Numbered from the stretch's first letter, positions 6,871 to 14,511 are shown. The stretch is 32,190 nucleotides of DNA from a bacterium (GCA_030674415.1 JAUSGP010000005.1:1-32190), one strand, 5' to 3'. Notes: generated from the sequence alone by a model not told the origin. Translations and numbers: made by a program.

Positions 6871-7130
6871 TGCCTGCTTCCCAGAAAGTTCCTGAAATAT
6901 ATTCGGTACTTTTCTGGGGCGCAGGTATGGACAGATACCTTGGACGCCCGGGAAGCCTCCCACCCAATAACCACCTTAAGTCTGACGAGACAAGAGGAGA
7001 ATGGTTATTTGGTTAAAAATCGACCTTGACTTCGCGCTGGTCGATTAGGCCGCTCTTTGCAGGGATCGGAATAGGCATTCCTAAAGGTCTCGGATGATGC
7101 AACATTTGAGACCACTGTCCACCGTTCTTT
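6871..7130 (+). ncRNA. Long palindrome plus multi-stem non-coding domain
   Basis: tgcctgc..cccagaaa/tttctggg..gcaggta at 6871-6927. tggacag (6928) pairs with ctgtcca (7115), enclosing several hairpins, then GTTCTTT at 7124. Confidence 0.5.
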
Positions 7131-7132
7131 TT

Positions 7133-7214
7133 GCCGAACTCATGTTCGGCTTCCGTAAAAGTTTTTAAATCATTGAAAATTTTTACGGGACAATTTGGTC
7201 CCAACCTGTTCATT
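7133..7214 (+). repeat. Array element R7
   Basis: gccgaac-tcat-gttcggc / ttccgtaaaa..ttttacggga / gggac..gtccc / gttcatt variant. Confidence 0.88.
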
Positions 7215-7239
7215 TCATCATCAGAAGGATGGCTTGGCT

Positions 7240-7599
7240 ATGGAAAAGAAGTTTGTTCTCTCTATTGTCGAATCCGAGAATACGAAGTATGGGTATAACC
7301 CATGTGAGTGCTCGGATTGCACCCACTGGAGTATCAACTTCGAGCCCTCGGCAGACGAGGCGGCGGTGAAGGAGCTTTGCGATTTCGTCAATCGAGTATC
7401 TCACTCGAAAGGCAAAATCAAGGAGCTTGGGGAGAAGGAGTGCAAATTCCTGTCGGCCCTTTTGGGAATCAACATCACAGGAGGTCTTCCTTATGTTGAA
7501 GCTAGATACTGGGAATACCAGGAACCTAGACCCGAACCGCCACCATCATCTGTTTCCGAGGCATTCCGGAGGTTGCACAATCTTAAGCGGGGATCCTAG
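7240..7599 (+). CDS. Hypothetical protein with CxCxxC motif (array ORF)
   Basis: ATG 7240 after R7; PCECSDC. Confidence 0.75.
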   Translation: MEKKFVLSIVESENTKYGYNPCECSDCTHWSINFEPSADEAAVKELCDFVNRVSHSKGKIKELGEKECKFLSALLGINITGGLPYVEARYWEYQEPRPEPPPSSVSEAFRRLHNLKRGS

Positions 7600-7635
7600 T
7601 GAATCCATAAGCTAGGGCGAGACCGCAGTGCATAT

Positions 7636-7725
7636 GGGTGAGCGGCAAAATATCGCTCGCCCTCCCATCAGAGTTTTTCAAAAATTGGAAAGTTCTGATG
7701 GGACAATAGTGTCCCTGTGTTCTTT
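7636..7725 (+). repeat. Array element R8
   Basis: First hairpin nearly identical to R1 / tcccatcaga..tctgatggga / gggaca..tgtccc / gttcttt. Confidence 0.9.
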
Positions 7726-7746
7726 CACAGCCTAAGGAGTGCGTCC

Positions 7747-8199
7747 ATGAAAAGCGTTGAAAAAGAGTTACCAGAAGTCTACGGGATCATCTCCCGCGAC
7801 CACGCCCAAAACGGCAAGAACAGCGCTGTCTCCAAGTACGTGAACGGCGGGTGTACCTCGGATTCAGCAGAGCCAGTACTGGCACTCGTGATGCCCTATT
7901 TCGAGAGCTACGAGATGTCCAGGCTCCTCGCTCTGTATGATGCGGTCTGGAGCGCTCATCAAGTCGGTCTGTTGCACCACATCAATTTCAGCAACAGGAA
8001 GATCAGAGAGGAGGCGCGCAAGTACGGCATCTCTGATGATCGGGTGTGGCCAGCGAAGCTCGTGGACATCGAGGAAATCAGCGTGGGCGACCCGGAGGAT
8101 ATCGGGTCTGCCATTGCGGAGATCCTCAGTGTCCTCATGAAAATGAGAGACATGGAGAGCTTCCTCGAGACTCGCGCCGATCAACTTCTGAGTTCTTAG
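7747..8199 (+). CDS. Hypothetical protein (array ORF)
   Basis: SD taaggag then ATG 7747 (MKSVEKELPE...); 150 aa. Confidence 0.8.
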   Translation: MKSVEKELPEVYGIISRDHAQNGKNSAVSKYVNGGCTSDSAEPVLALVMPYFESYEMSRLLALYDAVWSAHQVGLLHHINFSNRKIREEARKYGISDDRVWPAKLVDIEEISVGDPEDIGSAIAEILSVLMKMRDMESFLETRADQLLSS

Positions 8200-8236
8200 G
8201 AATAAAATACGTCCACTGGCGCGTAAGCCCAGTATC

Positions 8237-8329
8237 GTCCGAGGAAGTCATATATCCTCGGACTTCCTTCAGAGAATTTAACTTCGGTTGAATGTTCTGA
8301 AGGAACGAATGGTTCGTTCCATGTTCTTT
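8237..8329 (+). repeat. Array element R9
   Basis: gtccgagga..tcctcggac / ttccttcaga..tctgaaggaa / ggaacgaa..ttcgttcc / gttcttt. Confidence 0.88.
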
Positions 8330-8343
8330 GAGGAGATAAAAAG

Positions 8344-8733
8344 ATGGAAACAGAAAAGGATTTGTTCGAGCTTGAAATGGAGGAGAAGCGGAAGCAGGAA
8401 CCTCCGATCTCATCCGATAACCCCGCACCCTTCAAACAGCCGTTTCTGGTCATTACGTTCAAAGATCAGAAAATCCACGGCAACGTTGCCGACGGCTGGC
8501 ACGTCGAAGTCGACGGTCAGATTCAGAAGTACTTCGAAGAATTCACGGAGCGCACTCTCGAATGGGCTCCGCCGTTCAATTCAATGCACCGCGCGACGCC
8601 GCTTCTGAGGAGCATCGTCGAGTACTTCGCGAGCCGTGGCATGGAGGTCGCGAGTGTGGCCACGTACGCCGGATCGGCTGGCCCATCACATGTACTGAGG
8701 AACGGGGCGTTCTTCAAGCGCATGAGGTTCTAA
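8344..8733 (+). CDS. Hypothetical protein (array ORF)
   Basis: SD gaggag then ATG; 129 aa. Confidence 0.8.
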   Translation: METEKDLFELEMEEKRKQEPPISSDNPAPFKQPFLVITFKDQKIHGNVADGWHVEVDGQIQKYFEEFTERTLEWAPPFNSMHRATPLLRSIVEYFASRGMEVASVATYAGSAGPSHVLRNGAFFKRMRF

Positions 8734-8754
8734 CGTTCATTAAAAGGAGGTAAT

Positions 8755-8853
8755 ATGCCACCGGATTCAAAAGGGATAGCTGAGCGGCCCGATTCAAGAC
8801 TCAGCCCTAGATCTTCGAGGTTTAGAGAGGTAACGGTACGTGCCTTCACGTGA
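8755..8853 (+). CDS. 32-aa peptide (array ORF)
   Basis: gttcatt, then SD aaggagg, then ATG: MPPDSKGIAERPDSRLSPRSSRFREVTVRAFT. Confidence 0.45.
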   Translation: MPPDSKGIAERPDSRLSPRSSRFREVTVRAFT

Positions 8854-8864
8854 TCCGACCTAAT

Positions 8865-8959
8865 GGGGAAGAACCAAAACTTGGCCAACCTTCCCCTTTC
8901 ATCTAAGGTTTTAGAAAATTGAAATTTTAGATGAGAGAATAGTTCTCTCAATGTTCTTT
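8865..8959 (+). repeat. Array element R10 (most divergent copy)
   Basis: ggggaag..cttcccc / ctttcatctaa..ttagatgagag / tgagagaa..ttctctca / gttcttt. Confidence 0.8.
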
Positions 8960-8974
8960 GAGAAAAGAGGTGTC

Positions 8975-9298
8975 ATGTATCGAAGGATCGAACCTCCAGG
9001 CAGCTCGGCTATGACTCTTGGTTGCGAGGCAATGTGTCAGTCTGGTCTTCCGGATCCCCGCGGTTGGGTTCAAGGCACTCGACCAGTCGAATATTTCTTC
9101 ACCGAATACGGCTGGCGCAAAAGCGGTCATGCAGTTCTGAGCGAAATTCGCTCAAAGGGTGTTATCGCCAAAGTGATCGCAGTGAAGGAAAGGGACCCTC
9201 GTATCCATGTTCGCTACCAGGACAAGTGGCAAGTGATTGTCACCTGGGGATGTCGAAAGGAACATAACTCCAAACGAAGGGTATCAACCCAAAACTAG
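8975..9298 (+). CDS. Hypothetical protein (array ORF)
   Basis: SD gaggtg then ATG 8975 (MYRRIEPP...FFTEYGWRK...). Confidence 0.75.
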   Translation: MYRRIEPPGSSAMTLGCEAMCQSGLPDPRGWVQGTRPVEYFFTEYGWRKSGHAVLSEIRSKGVIAKVIAVKERDPRIHVRYQDKWQVIVTWGCRKEHNSKRRVSTQN

Positions 9299-9307
9299 GA
9301 GTGAGAA

Positions 9308-9508
9308 ATGTTCTTCGATAACCATGAAATTTTGGTCCAGGGTTCCACGCTTGTAGGTATTCAGAATGTAACCTTGCTTTGCAAGATTCACGACGAGCTC
9401 GAGCTCCTAATCATCGACACCCAAGCAATAGTGCCCGGCAAGATCGTTCGTTTAAGATGTCCGTATTGCAGAATGCTTGGCTACCTGATCACTAGCAAAG
9501 CTGAGTAA
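9308..9508 (+). CDS. Small putative zinc-ribbon protein
   Basis: SD aggag; CKIH...CPYC. Confidence 0.6.
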   Translation: MFFDNHEILVQGSTLVGIQNVTLLCKIHDELELLIIDTQAIVPGKIVRLRCPYCRMLGYLITSKAE

Positions 9509-9518
9509 TAACTTGATC

Positions 9519-9598
9519 GGGCAAACTATGTTTGCCCTTCCGTCAGAGAGCTGAAAGATTTCAGAATTCTGACGGGACAATTCCGTCCCGTGTTCTTT
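9519..9598 (+). repeat. Array element R11
   Basis: gggcaaac-tat-gtttgccc / ttccgtcaga..tctgacggga / gggac..gtccc / gttcttt. Confidence 0.9.
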
Positions 9599-9619
9599 GA
9601 GTGAAGAGGAAGTGAAAGA

Positions 9620-9883
9620 ATGGAACAGCATCTGTCGGTTGCTCAAGCCGCAAGCGAAGTAATCCAACACGCCTGCGAGAATTTCTCTACCACGAGCCGA
9701 CAAGACGAACTTTGTGGAGAGATCCTCGCCGCTCTCACGATTGCGGCCAGGGTAGACATCCAGGCAAGGGAGCGCCACGCCTTTGTCTCTAGATGGCAAT
9801 CGCTTCTTCCGGAAGTCCTTCGTGCCAACGGAAGAGCGGTTTTTGCAGTCATCGTGGAGCAGAAGCTAGAAGAACTCCTTTAA
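9620..9883 (+). CDS. Hypothetical protein (array ORF)
   Basis: SD gagga then ATG after R11; 87 aa, predicted helical. Confidence 0.75.
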   Translation: MEQHLSVAQAASEVIQHACENFSTTSRQDELCGEILAALTIAARVDIQARERHAFVSRWQSLLPEVLRANGRAVFAVIVEQKLEELL

Positions 9884-9912
9884 ACAAACGTTCATCGGCA
9901 CGTAAGCCCGGT

Positions 9913-10001
9913 TCCGAGGAAACCATAAATCCTCGGGTTTCCTTAAAAGATTTTCTAACAGGAAATTTTTTAAGGGGACAATTCCGTCCCAACTGTTCTT
10001 T
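9913..10001 (+). repeat. Array element R12
   Basis: tccgagga..tcctcggg (like R9) / tttccttaaaa..ttttaagggga / gggac..gtccc / gttcttt. Confidence 0.88.
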
Positions 10002-10013
10002 GAGGAAAATACG

Positions 10014-10358
10014 ATGAGAATGATTCTGTGTCTTTGTTTTCTGTCCGTTGCTCTCGTCGCGGCGCAAGAACCGGCGCAACAACCGGTATTCCCCGCACTG
10101 ACCGAGCCGGCTTACGTCGGCGTCGGCCAGGTTGATCTCAAGAAGATTTCCTTGAGGTCGGCACGCGACTTGGGCATCATCCGGGCGCAGGGAGCGCTCG
10201 CACGCGCAATCTGCGACCCGAACAACGAGAAGGAGCGCGTCCGCGCTTTCATCGTTGGCAAGCGTCATACCGACGAACTTCGAGTCGGTGACGTGCTCTG
10301 GGTCCGTATCTGGATCCGGAAGGACGAGGTCGAGGTGGACAAAGTCTGCCTCGACTGA
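10014..10358 (+). CDS. Secreted hypothetical protein (signal peptide)
   Basis: MRMILCLCFLSVALVAA-QEP signal peptide; SD gagga. Confidence 0.75.
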   Translation: MRMILCLCFLSVALVAAQEPAQQPVFPALTEPAYVGVGQVDLKKISLRSARDLGIIRAQGALARAICDPNNEKERVRAFIVGKRHTDELRVGDVLWVRIWIRKDEVEVDKVCLD

Positions 10359-10388
10359 AACGGAAACGAATTCATTTTTGGAGGGTGT

Positions 10389-10676
10389 ATGCAACAGAGT
10401 GTGCTCGGCGAACTCATCACGCTCATTTTGGTCATCGTGATCATGCTCGGAGGCATGACAATGATCGTGGGCGGCCCGTCTCTTACGGGACGGTGGTACC
10501 GGTGGATCTTCCGAACTGTAGTACTCGCTCCCCTCGGTTGGGGGCTGCGCCAGATCGGCAGAGGCGTCGAGTGGCTCCTACGATGGAGCGCCCGACAACT
10601 CGGACGACTCCTACTCTATCTCGCTCGACTCACGGGCAGAGGTATCCACTACGCCTGGGTCAGGTTAACCACCTGA
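10389..10676 (+). CDS. Small membrane protein
   Basis: SD gaggg; N-terminal TM segment, then an Arg/Trp amphipathic tail. Confidence 0.7.
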   Translation: MQQSVLGELITLILVIVIMLGGMTMIVGGPSLTGRWYRWIFRTVVLAPLGWGLRQIGRGVEWLLRWSARQLGRLLLYLARLTGRGIHYAWVRLTT

Positions 10677-10738
10677 CCCAGTTTTGTCATATTCTAAGCC
10701 ATATTTTGATAAATTAGAGGTAAAAATAGACAATATAC

Positions 10739-10767
10739 TTGACAATATTTCAAGTATATGATAGGAT
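10739..10767 (+). promoter_or_regulatory. sigma70-type promoter
   Basis: TTGACA-17 nt-TAGGAT with extended TG, 8 nt before ATG 10776. Confidence 0.6.
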
Positions 10768-10775
10768 AGTAATAG

Positions 10776-10976
10776 ATGCAGGCGTTTATCGTCGGCACCA
10801 GGACGGTCGTCAGCAACTTCGTTGACGGCACCCGAATCGTGGAGCAGAGGTTTCGGGAAACCGAAGCGGATGCTCTTGCTCACGCTCTGTGGCTCGAAAG
10901 CCACGGCAAGCGTGAGGAAGCTGTGGAATATCTGGACGACTACCTCCAGAGACACCCAGCCCCGACTCGCCACTAA
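10776..10976 (+). CDS. Small hypothetical protein
   Basis: 66-aa ORF directly behind its own promoter (probably leaderless). Confidence 0.6.
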   Translation: MQAFIVGTRTVVSNFVDGTRIVEQRFRETEADALAHALWLESHGKREEAVEYLDDYLQRHPAPTRH

Positions 10977-11047
10977 GGTGGGGGTGCAATGGGGATGTCA
11001 TCGCAGTCCCTGTAAATAAAATGCGTGCCCTTAGCCGGGTCACAAGC

Positions 11048-11110
11048 AAGGCCATTCTTAACCGAACGGCCTTTTTGTTTTACAACAAACCCGCCAATTG
11101 GCGGGTTTGT
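11048..11110. terminator. Two terminator hairpins between convergent units
   Basis: aaggcc..ggccttttt (11048-11076) and acaaacccgcc-aatt-ggcgggtttgt (11085-11110). Confidence 0.75.
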
Positions 11111-11134
11111 GTTTCTTAATTAACTAGAAGGATT

Positions 11135-11392
11135 TTAAGAAGCGTTCATTTCGGCATCGAGATTTTCGAGCTCGGTAGAGTTGAGATCAGCTTCGATGTC
11201 AGCGGTAGTATCAGATTCGCTCTGGATGTTGATGGTATCGAGTTCATTGTTTAGTGCCTGACTCTCACTACGCTGTCCCCAGAAGTAGAGTGCTCCGAAG
11301 ATCACAACAGCGAGAATGACGATAGCGCCGATGATGGGGCCGGCGGAGGAGCCAGACTGAACTGCTGCATTGACGTTGCTTTGTTCGTCCAT
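11135..11392 (-). CDS. Single-TM hypothetical protein
   Basis: GPIIGAIVILAVVIFGALYFWG TM segment with an acidic tail. Confidence 0.8.
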   Translation of the reverse strand: MDEQSNVNAAVQSGSSAGPIIGAIVILAVVIFGALYFWGQRSESQALNNELDTINIQSESDTTADIEADLNSTELENLDAEMNAS

Positions 11393-11415
11393 GTTATTAG
11401 ATGGCTAAATAATAA

Positions 11416-12123
11416 TTAATCGTCGTCTTCCACTTCAACAATTGAGGTGGCATTTGCTTCGACCCTAGTCTTGCCGAGAGCACCGAGGGAGCGAAGTGCC
11501 TTCATGAGACTGGTGTGAGCCTCACGAATATGGCCCTTAACTTCAGCAGCAATATTGCGTACTCGTTCGAAGTTTTCCTGCGCCTTGTCTCCAGAGAGAT
11601 CAACAGAGGCAAAAAGGGCAATGCTCGTCTTGGCTGCAGAGAGATGAACTTTTGCCTCCGCTACGAAACCTTCGGCTTCGGCTGTATTCTTACCCTCGGC
11701 CTTAACCTTCTCTATTCTAGACTCTATCCTGGTAAGAATTTTCTCCAGTCGTTCAACGGTAGCCATGAGCAATCGAGCAGTGTGTTCGGCCTTCTTCTTA
11801 GCTAGACCTCTCTGCATCTCCACGCGCTTAGCTGTTGAGGAAGCTTGGCGCACTTCGCGGTTCTCTTTCATTTCTTCTTTACGAGTTTCGATATTGGCCT
11901 TGATTTCGACTCGACGCTCGGTACTCGATGCCTTACGATTCTCGGCCTCAATCTTCCTCTCTTCTACTCTAGCCTTAACATCAACACCAACCCTTTCGGC
12001 TGGTACAGGAACAGGACGACCACCGAGGTTCTTGTCTCGATAATCAGTATCCAAGGCGAAAGCCGGAGTGGCCAAGGCAACAAGTGCCAAGGCGAGGGTA
12101 GCAGTAATAAATTTTTGTTTCAT
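11416..12123 (-). CDS. Secreted coiled-coil protein
   Basis: Signal peptide (...TPAFA) followed by long charged helices. Confidence 0.8.
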   Translation of the reverse strand: MKQKFITATLALALVALATPAFALDTDYRDKNLGGRPVPVPAERVGVDVKARVEERKIEAENRKASSTERRVEIKANIETRKEEMKENREVRQASSTAKRVEMQRGLAKKKAEHTARLLMATVERLEKILTRIESRIEKVKAEGKNTAEAEGFVAEAKVHLSAAKTSIALFASVDLSGDKAQENFERVRNIAAEVKGHIREAHTSLMKALRSLGALGKTRVEANATSIVEVEDDD

Positions 12124-12213
12124 TTAATATGATTAGCTCTTAATCAGCCATTACCGTAGACGTTAATTATAGCTAATTACTACCACCCCTGCGAATACTT
12201 TTCGTTGTAGAGT

Positions 12214-12798
12214 TTATTCTAGATTCTTGAGATAAATGTCCTTATATCTCTGTTCACATTCTTTGATAACCTTAAGAGCTTCTTCTTTGTCGAAGAACCC
12301 CTTAGGAATACTTTGTCCTGGTTTTTTAAGATCCTTATAATGCTCTAAGAAGTACTCCGTTTCCTTCTTGAATTGTTCTCCTAAATCATCGATATTCTGG
12401 ATGTGATCACTCCTCTTATCATCAGCAAGAACTCCAATGATCTTATCGTCGACTTCTCCAGCATCTTCAAATTTTATCACTCCGATAATACGGACTTCAG
12501 CTAAGCAGCCCAGAGCAAGAGGCTCCATGACGTTAACAATAGCGATATCAAGAGGATCCCCGTCATGATCCCAGGTTTGAGGAATAGCTCCATAGGTGTA
12601 GGGGAACGCCAGGGATGAGTAGCCGACACGATCAAGCTTGAGTTGACCTGATTCAGTAATGATTTCGTATTTGTTGAGAGTTCCAGTATTAATCTCGACA
12701 ATAGTGTTTACTACGTCATTCTTTCCCTCTACAAACGGTGGTAGGACAAGCAAGAGATTGAGCATGAACTTTGACGGCTTGTGGTTTATGTTTGCCAT
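12214..12798 (-). CDS. ppa: Inorganic pyrophosphatase (family I)
   Basis: NKYE, LDRV, YGAIPQT, DGDPLD and DAGEVDDK motifs. Confidence 0.95.
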   Translation of the reverse strand: MANINHKPSKFMLNLLLVLPPFVEGKNDVVNTIVEINTGTLNKYEIITESGQLKLDRVGYSSLAFPYTYGAIPQTWDHDGDPLDIAIVNVMEPLALGCLAEVRIIGVIKFEDAGEVDDKIIGVLADDKRSDHIQNIDDLGEQFKKETEYFLEHYKDLKKPGQSIPKGFFDKEEALKVIKECEQRYKDIYLKNLE

Positions 12799-12826
12799 AT
12801 ATTTATCTATTTAATTTTAACACAAA

Positions 12827-13987
12827 TTAATTTTCTTCTGGAGCTGGAACCTCGGCAGTAGCAAGTTCTTCTCCACGCGCAGACTGAATGTCGATCTTCC
12901 AGCCGGTAAGCTTGGCCGCCAGACGCACGTTCTGTCCGCCCTTGCCGATTGCGAGAGACTGCTGATCTTCAGCAACAATCACGGATGCAGCTTTTTCTTC
13001 TTCGTTTATTTTAATGTCCAAAACCTTAGCCGGGGAGAGAGCTTCTTCAATAAACTTCTTCGGCTCGGCTGACCATTCGATGATGTCAATCTTCTCACCG
13101 CGGAGCTCACTCATGACAGTAGATACACGTACCCCACGCTGGCCGACCAGAGCGCCGATTGGGTCGATATGAGTGTCTACGGCTTGTGCGGCAATCTTGG
13201 AGCGGTAACCCGCTTCTCGGGCAATAGCCTTGATAACTATTGCGCCACTCGCCAGTTCCGGGGCTTCCGCTTCGAAGAGCTTCTCAAGAAACTTCGGATG
13301 AGAGCGGGAAAGTCTGAGGAAGACTCCGCGCGGAGACTCTTCCACTCTATAGAGATAAGCGCGCACGCGTTCGCCTTGGCTGAAGCGCTCACTCGGTATC
13401 TGCTCCTCGTAGGCTAGAAGACCCGTAGCCCGACCCATGTCTACGAAGATATTGCCGCGCTCTATCCTCTGGACGGTGCCGTTCACTATCTCGCCTTCAC
13501 GCTTACCGAATTCGGACACGACAGAAGTTTTCTCCGCCTCACGAATCTTCTGCATGATCACTTGCTTAGCCGTTTGTGCGGCGATGCGACCATACTCACC
13601 CTTAGACTCAATAGGGAAAATAATTTCTTCATCGATCTGGGCGTCCTTCTTAATCTTACGCGCATCTTCAAGGAGGATATGATGCTCCGGATTGTAGACA
13701 ACTCTTTCATCTGCTGAAACAACCGCTTCGTCAACTTCACTTTCTGGAGTTTCTTCGTCTTCAAATATAACGCGTGATTCATCCACCACAATTTTCACCT
13801 GGAAGAAATTAGTTTCCCCAGTCGACAGGTCGAAGGAGGTACGGATAATCTGACCCTTCTTGCCGTACTCCTTCTTATAAGCGGTAGCGAGAGCGGCTTC
13901 AATGGCTTCGATGATCGAGGCCCGCGGAATACCGCGGGCTTCTTCAAGCTCGCTTAGGACTGAATTGATGACTTTGAGATCAAACAT
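12827..13987 (-). CDS. nusA: Transcription termination/antitermination factor NusA
   Basis: GRIAAQTAKQVI, S1 domain, AREAGYRSK, VGQRG, AIGKGGQNVRLA. Start taken at ATG 13987. Confidence 0.97.
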   Translation of the reverse strand: MFDLKVINSVLSELEEARGIPRASIIEAIEAALATAYKKEYGKKGQIIRTSFDLSTGETNFFQVKIVVDESRVIFEDEETPESEVDEAVVSADERVVYNPEHHILLEDARKIKKDAQIDEEIIFPIESKGEYGRIAAQTAKQVIMQKIREAEKTSVVSEFGKREGEIVNGTVQRIERGNIFVDMGRATGLLAYEEQIPSERFSQGERVRAYLYRVEESPRGVFLRLSRSHPKFLEKLFEAEAPELASGAIVIKAIAREAGYRSKIAAQAVDTHIDPIGALVGQRGVRVSTVMSELRGEKIDIIEWSAEPKKFIEEALSPAKVLDIKINEEEKAASVIVAEDQQSLAIGKGGQNVRLAAKLTGWKIDIQSARGEELATAEVPAPEEN

Positions 13988-14171
13988 GTTGGTTTTGGTT
14001 ACGAAATGGGTTCGCCTCACGGCGAACCCACCTCAAGCAAACTTATTACTTATTTACTCTACCAAATGCCTTTAGGGTTTGTCAACTCCCTACGGTCGTT
14101 AGCTTCAGGTTCACTCGGACTCTAAAAACAAAGCGCCGAAGCGAAAGCTGAGGCGGTCTTTCATTTTGTAT

Positions 14172-14426
14172 TTATTCCCACTCTCCAATTATTAACCTCC
14201 CCTTCTTTTCCTTAGTCCATCTCTTTATTTGTGCTTCTCGTTTTCTAGCTGAAGATTTGTCTAAAAATTTTTTTGATACGTAGACAAGATTGAATGGCCC
14301 TTGTTGTTTGGCCATTTGAGATCCCTCACCAGAATTATGTTTGATTATTCTTAAGGCTGGATTAGTAGTGATACCAGTATAAAAATGTTTGAATCTAGAT
14401 TCAGCGATATAGACATACCAGGACAT
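14172..14426 (-). CDS. GIY-YIG nuclease family protein
   Basis: WYVYI...FYTGIT...RIIKHNSG...ARKREAQIKRW. Confidence 0.92.
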   Translation of the reverse strand: MSWYVYIAESRFKHFYTGITTNPALRIIKHNSGEGSQMAKQQGPFNLVYVSKKFLDKSSARKREAQIKRWTKEKKGRLIIGEWE

Positions 14427-14440
14427 TACTGAATTATACT

Positions 14441-14511
14441 CCTTCGATATAACTCAGGATAAAGCCCTTCGACTCTCGCCTGCGGTGAGCGCAGTCGAAC
14501 CGCTCAGGGTA
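14441..14511. repeat. REP-like TTCGAC-N3/4-GCTCA repeats (cluster next to GIY-YIG gene)
   Basis: ccttcgatataactcaggata; ccttcgactctcg[..tgagcgcagtcgaa]ccgctcaggg. More copies at about 15520, 15543, 16328, 16517 and 23930. Confidence 0.7.

Noticed and set aside
2825-8974. Upstream-extended starts in the ORF track (2825, 3253, 5222, 7195, 7717, 8951)
   Set aside because: The extensions translate the repeat elements (e.g. MGNDSQMFF appears twice); SD-supported starts lie downstream.
2776-10001. Classical integron / attC array
   Set aside because: No RYYYAAC...GTTRRRY boxes (the junction is GTTCTTT) and no tyrosine recombinase in the window. Kept only as an architectural analogy.
2776-10001. 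CRISPR array
   Set aside because: Repeats are divergent and ~75-95 nt, separated by whole genes of variable length; no cas genes.
2200-11000. Prophage or IS element
   Set aside because: No integrase, terminase, structural or transposase genes, and no terminal repeats recognised.
10977-11047. Possible tmRNA 5' end (ggggtgcaatgg...)
   Set aside because: Lacks the following TTCGAC and any T-arm/CCA 3' end; region too short.
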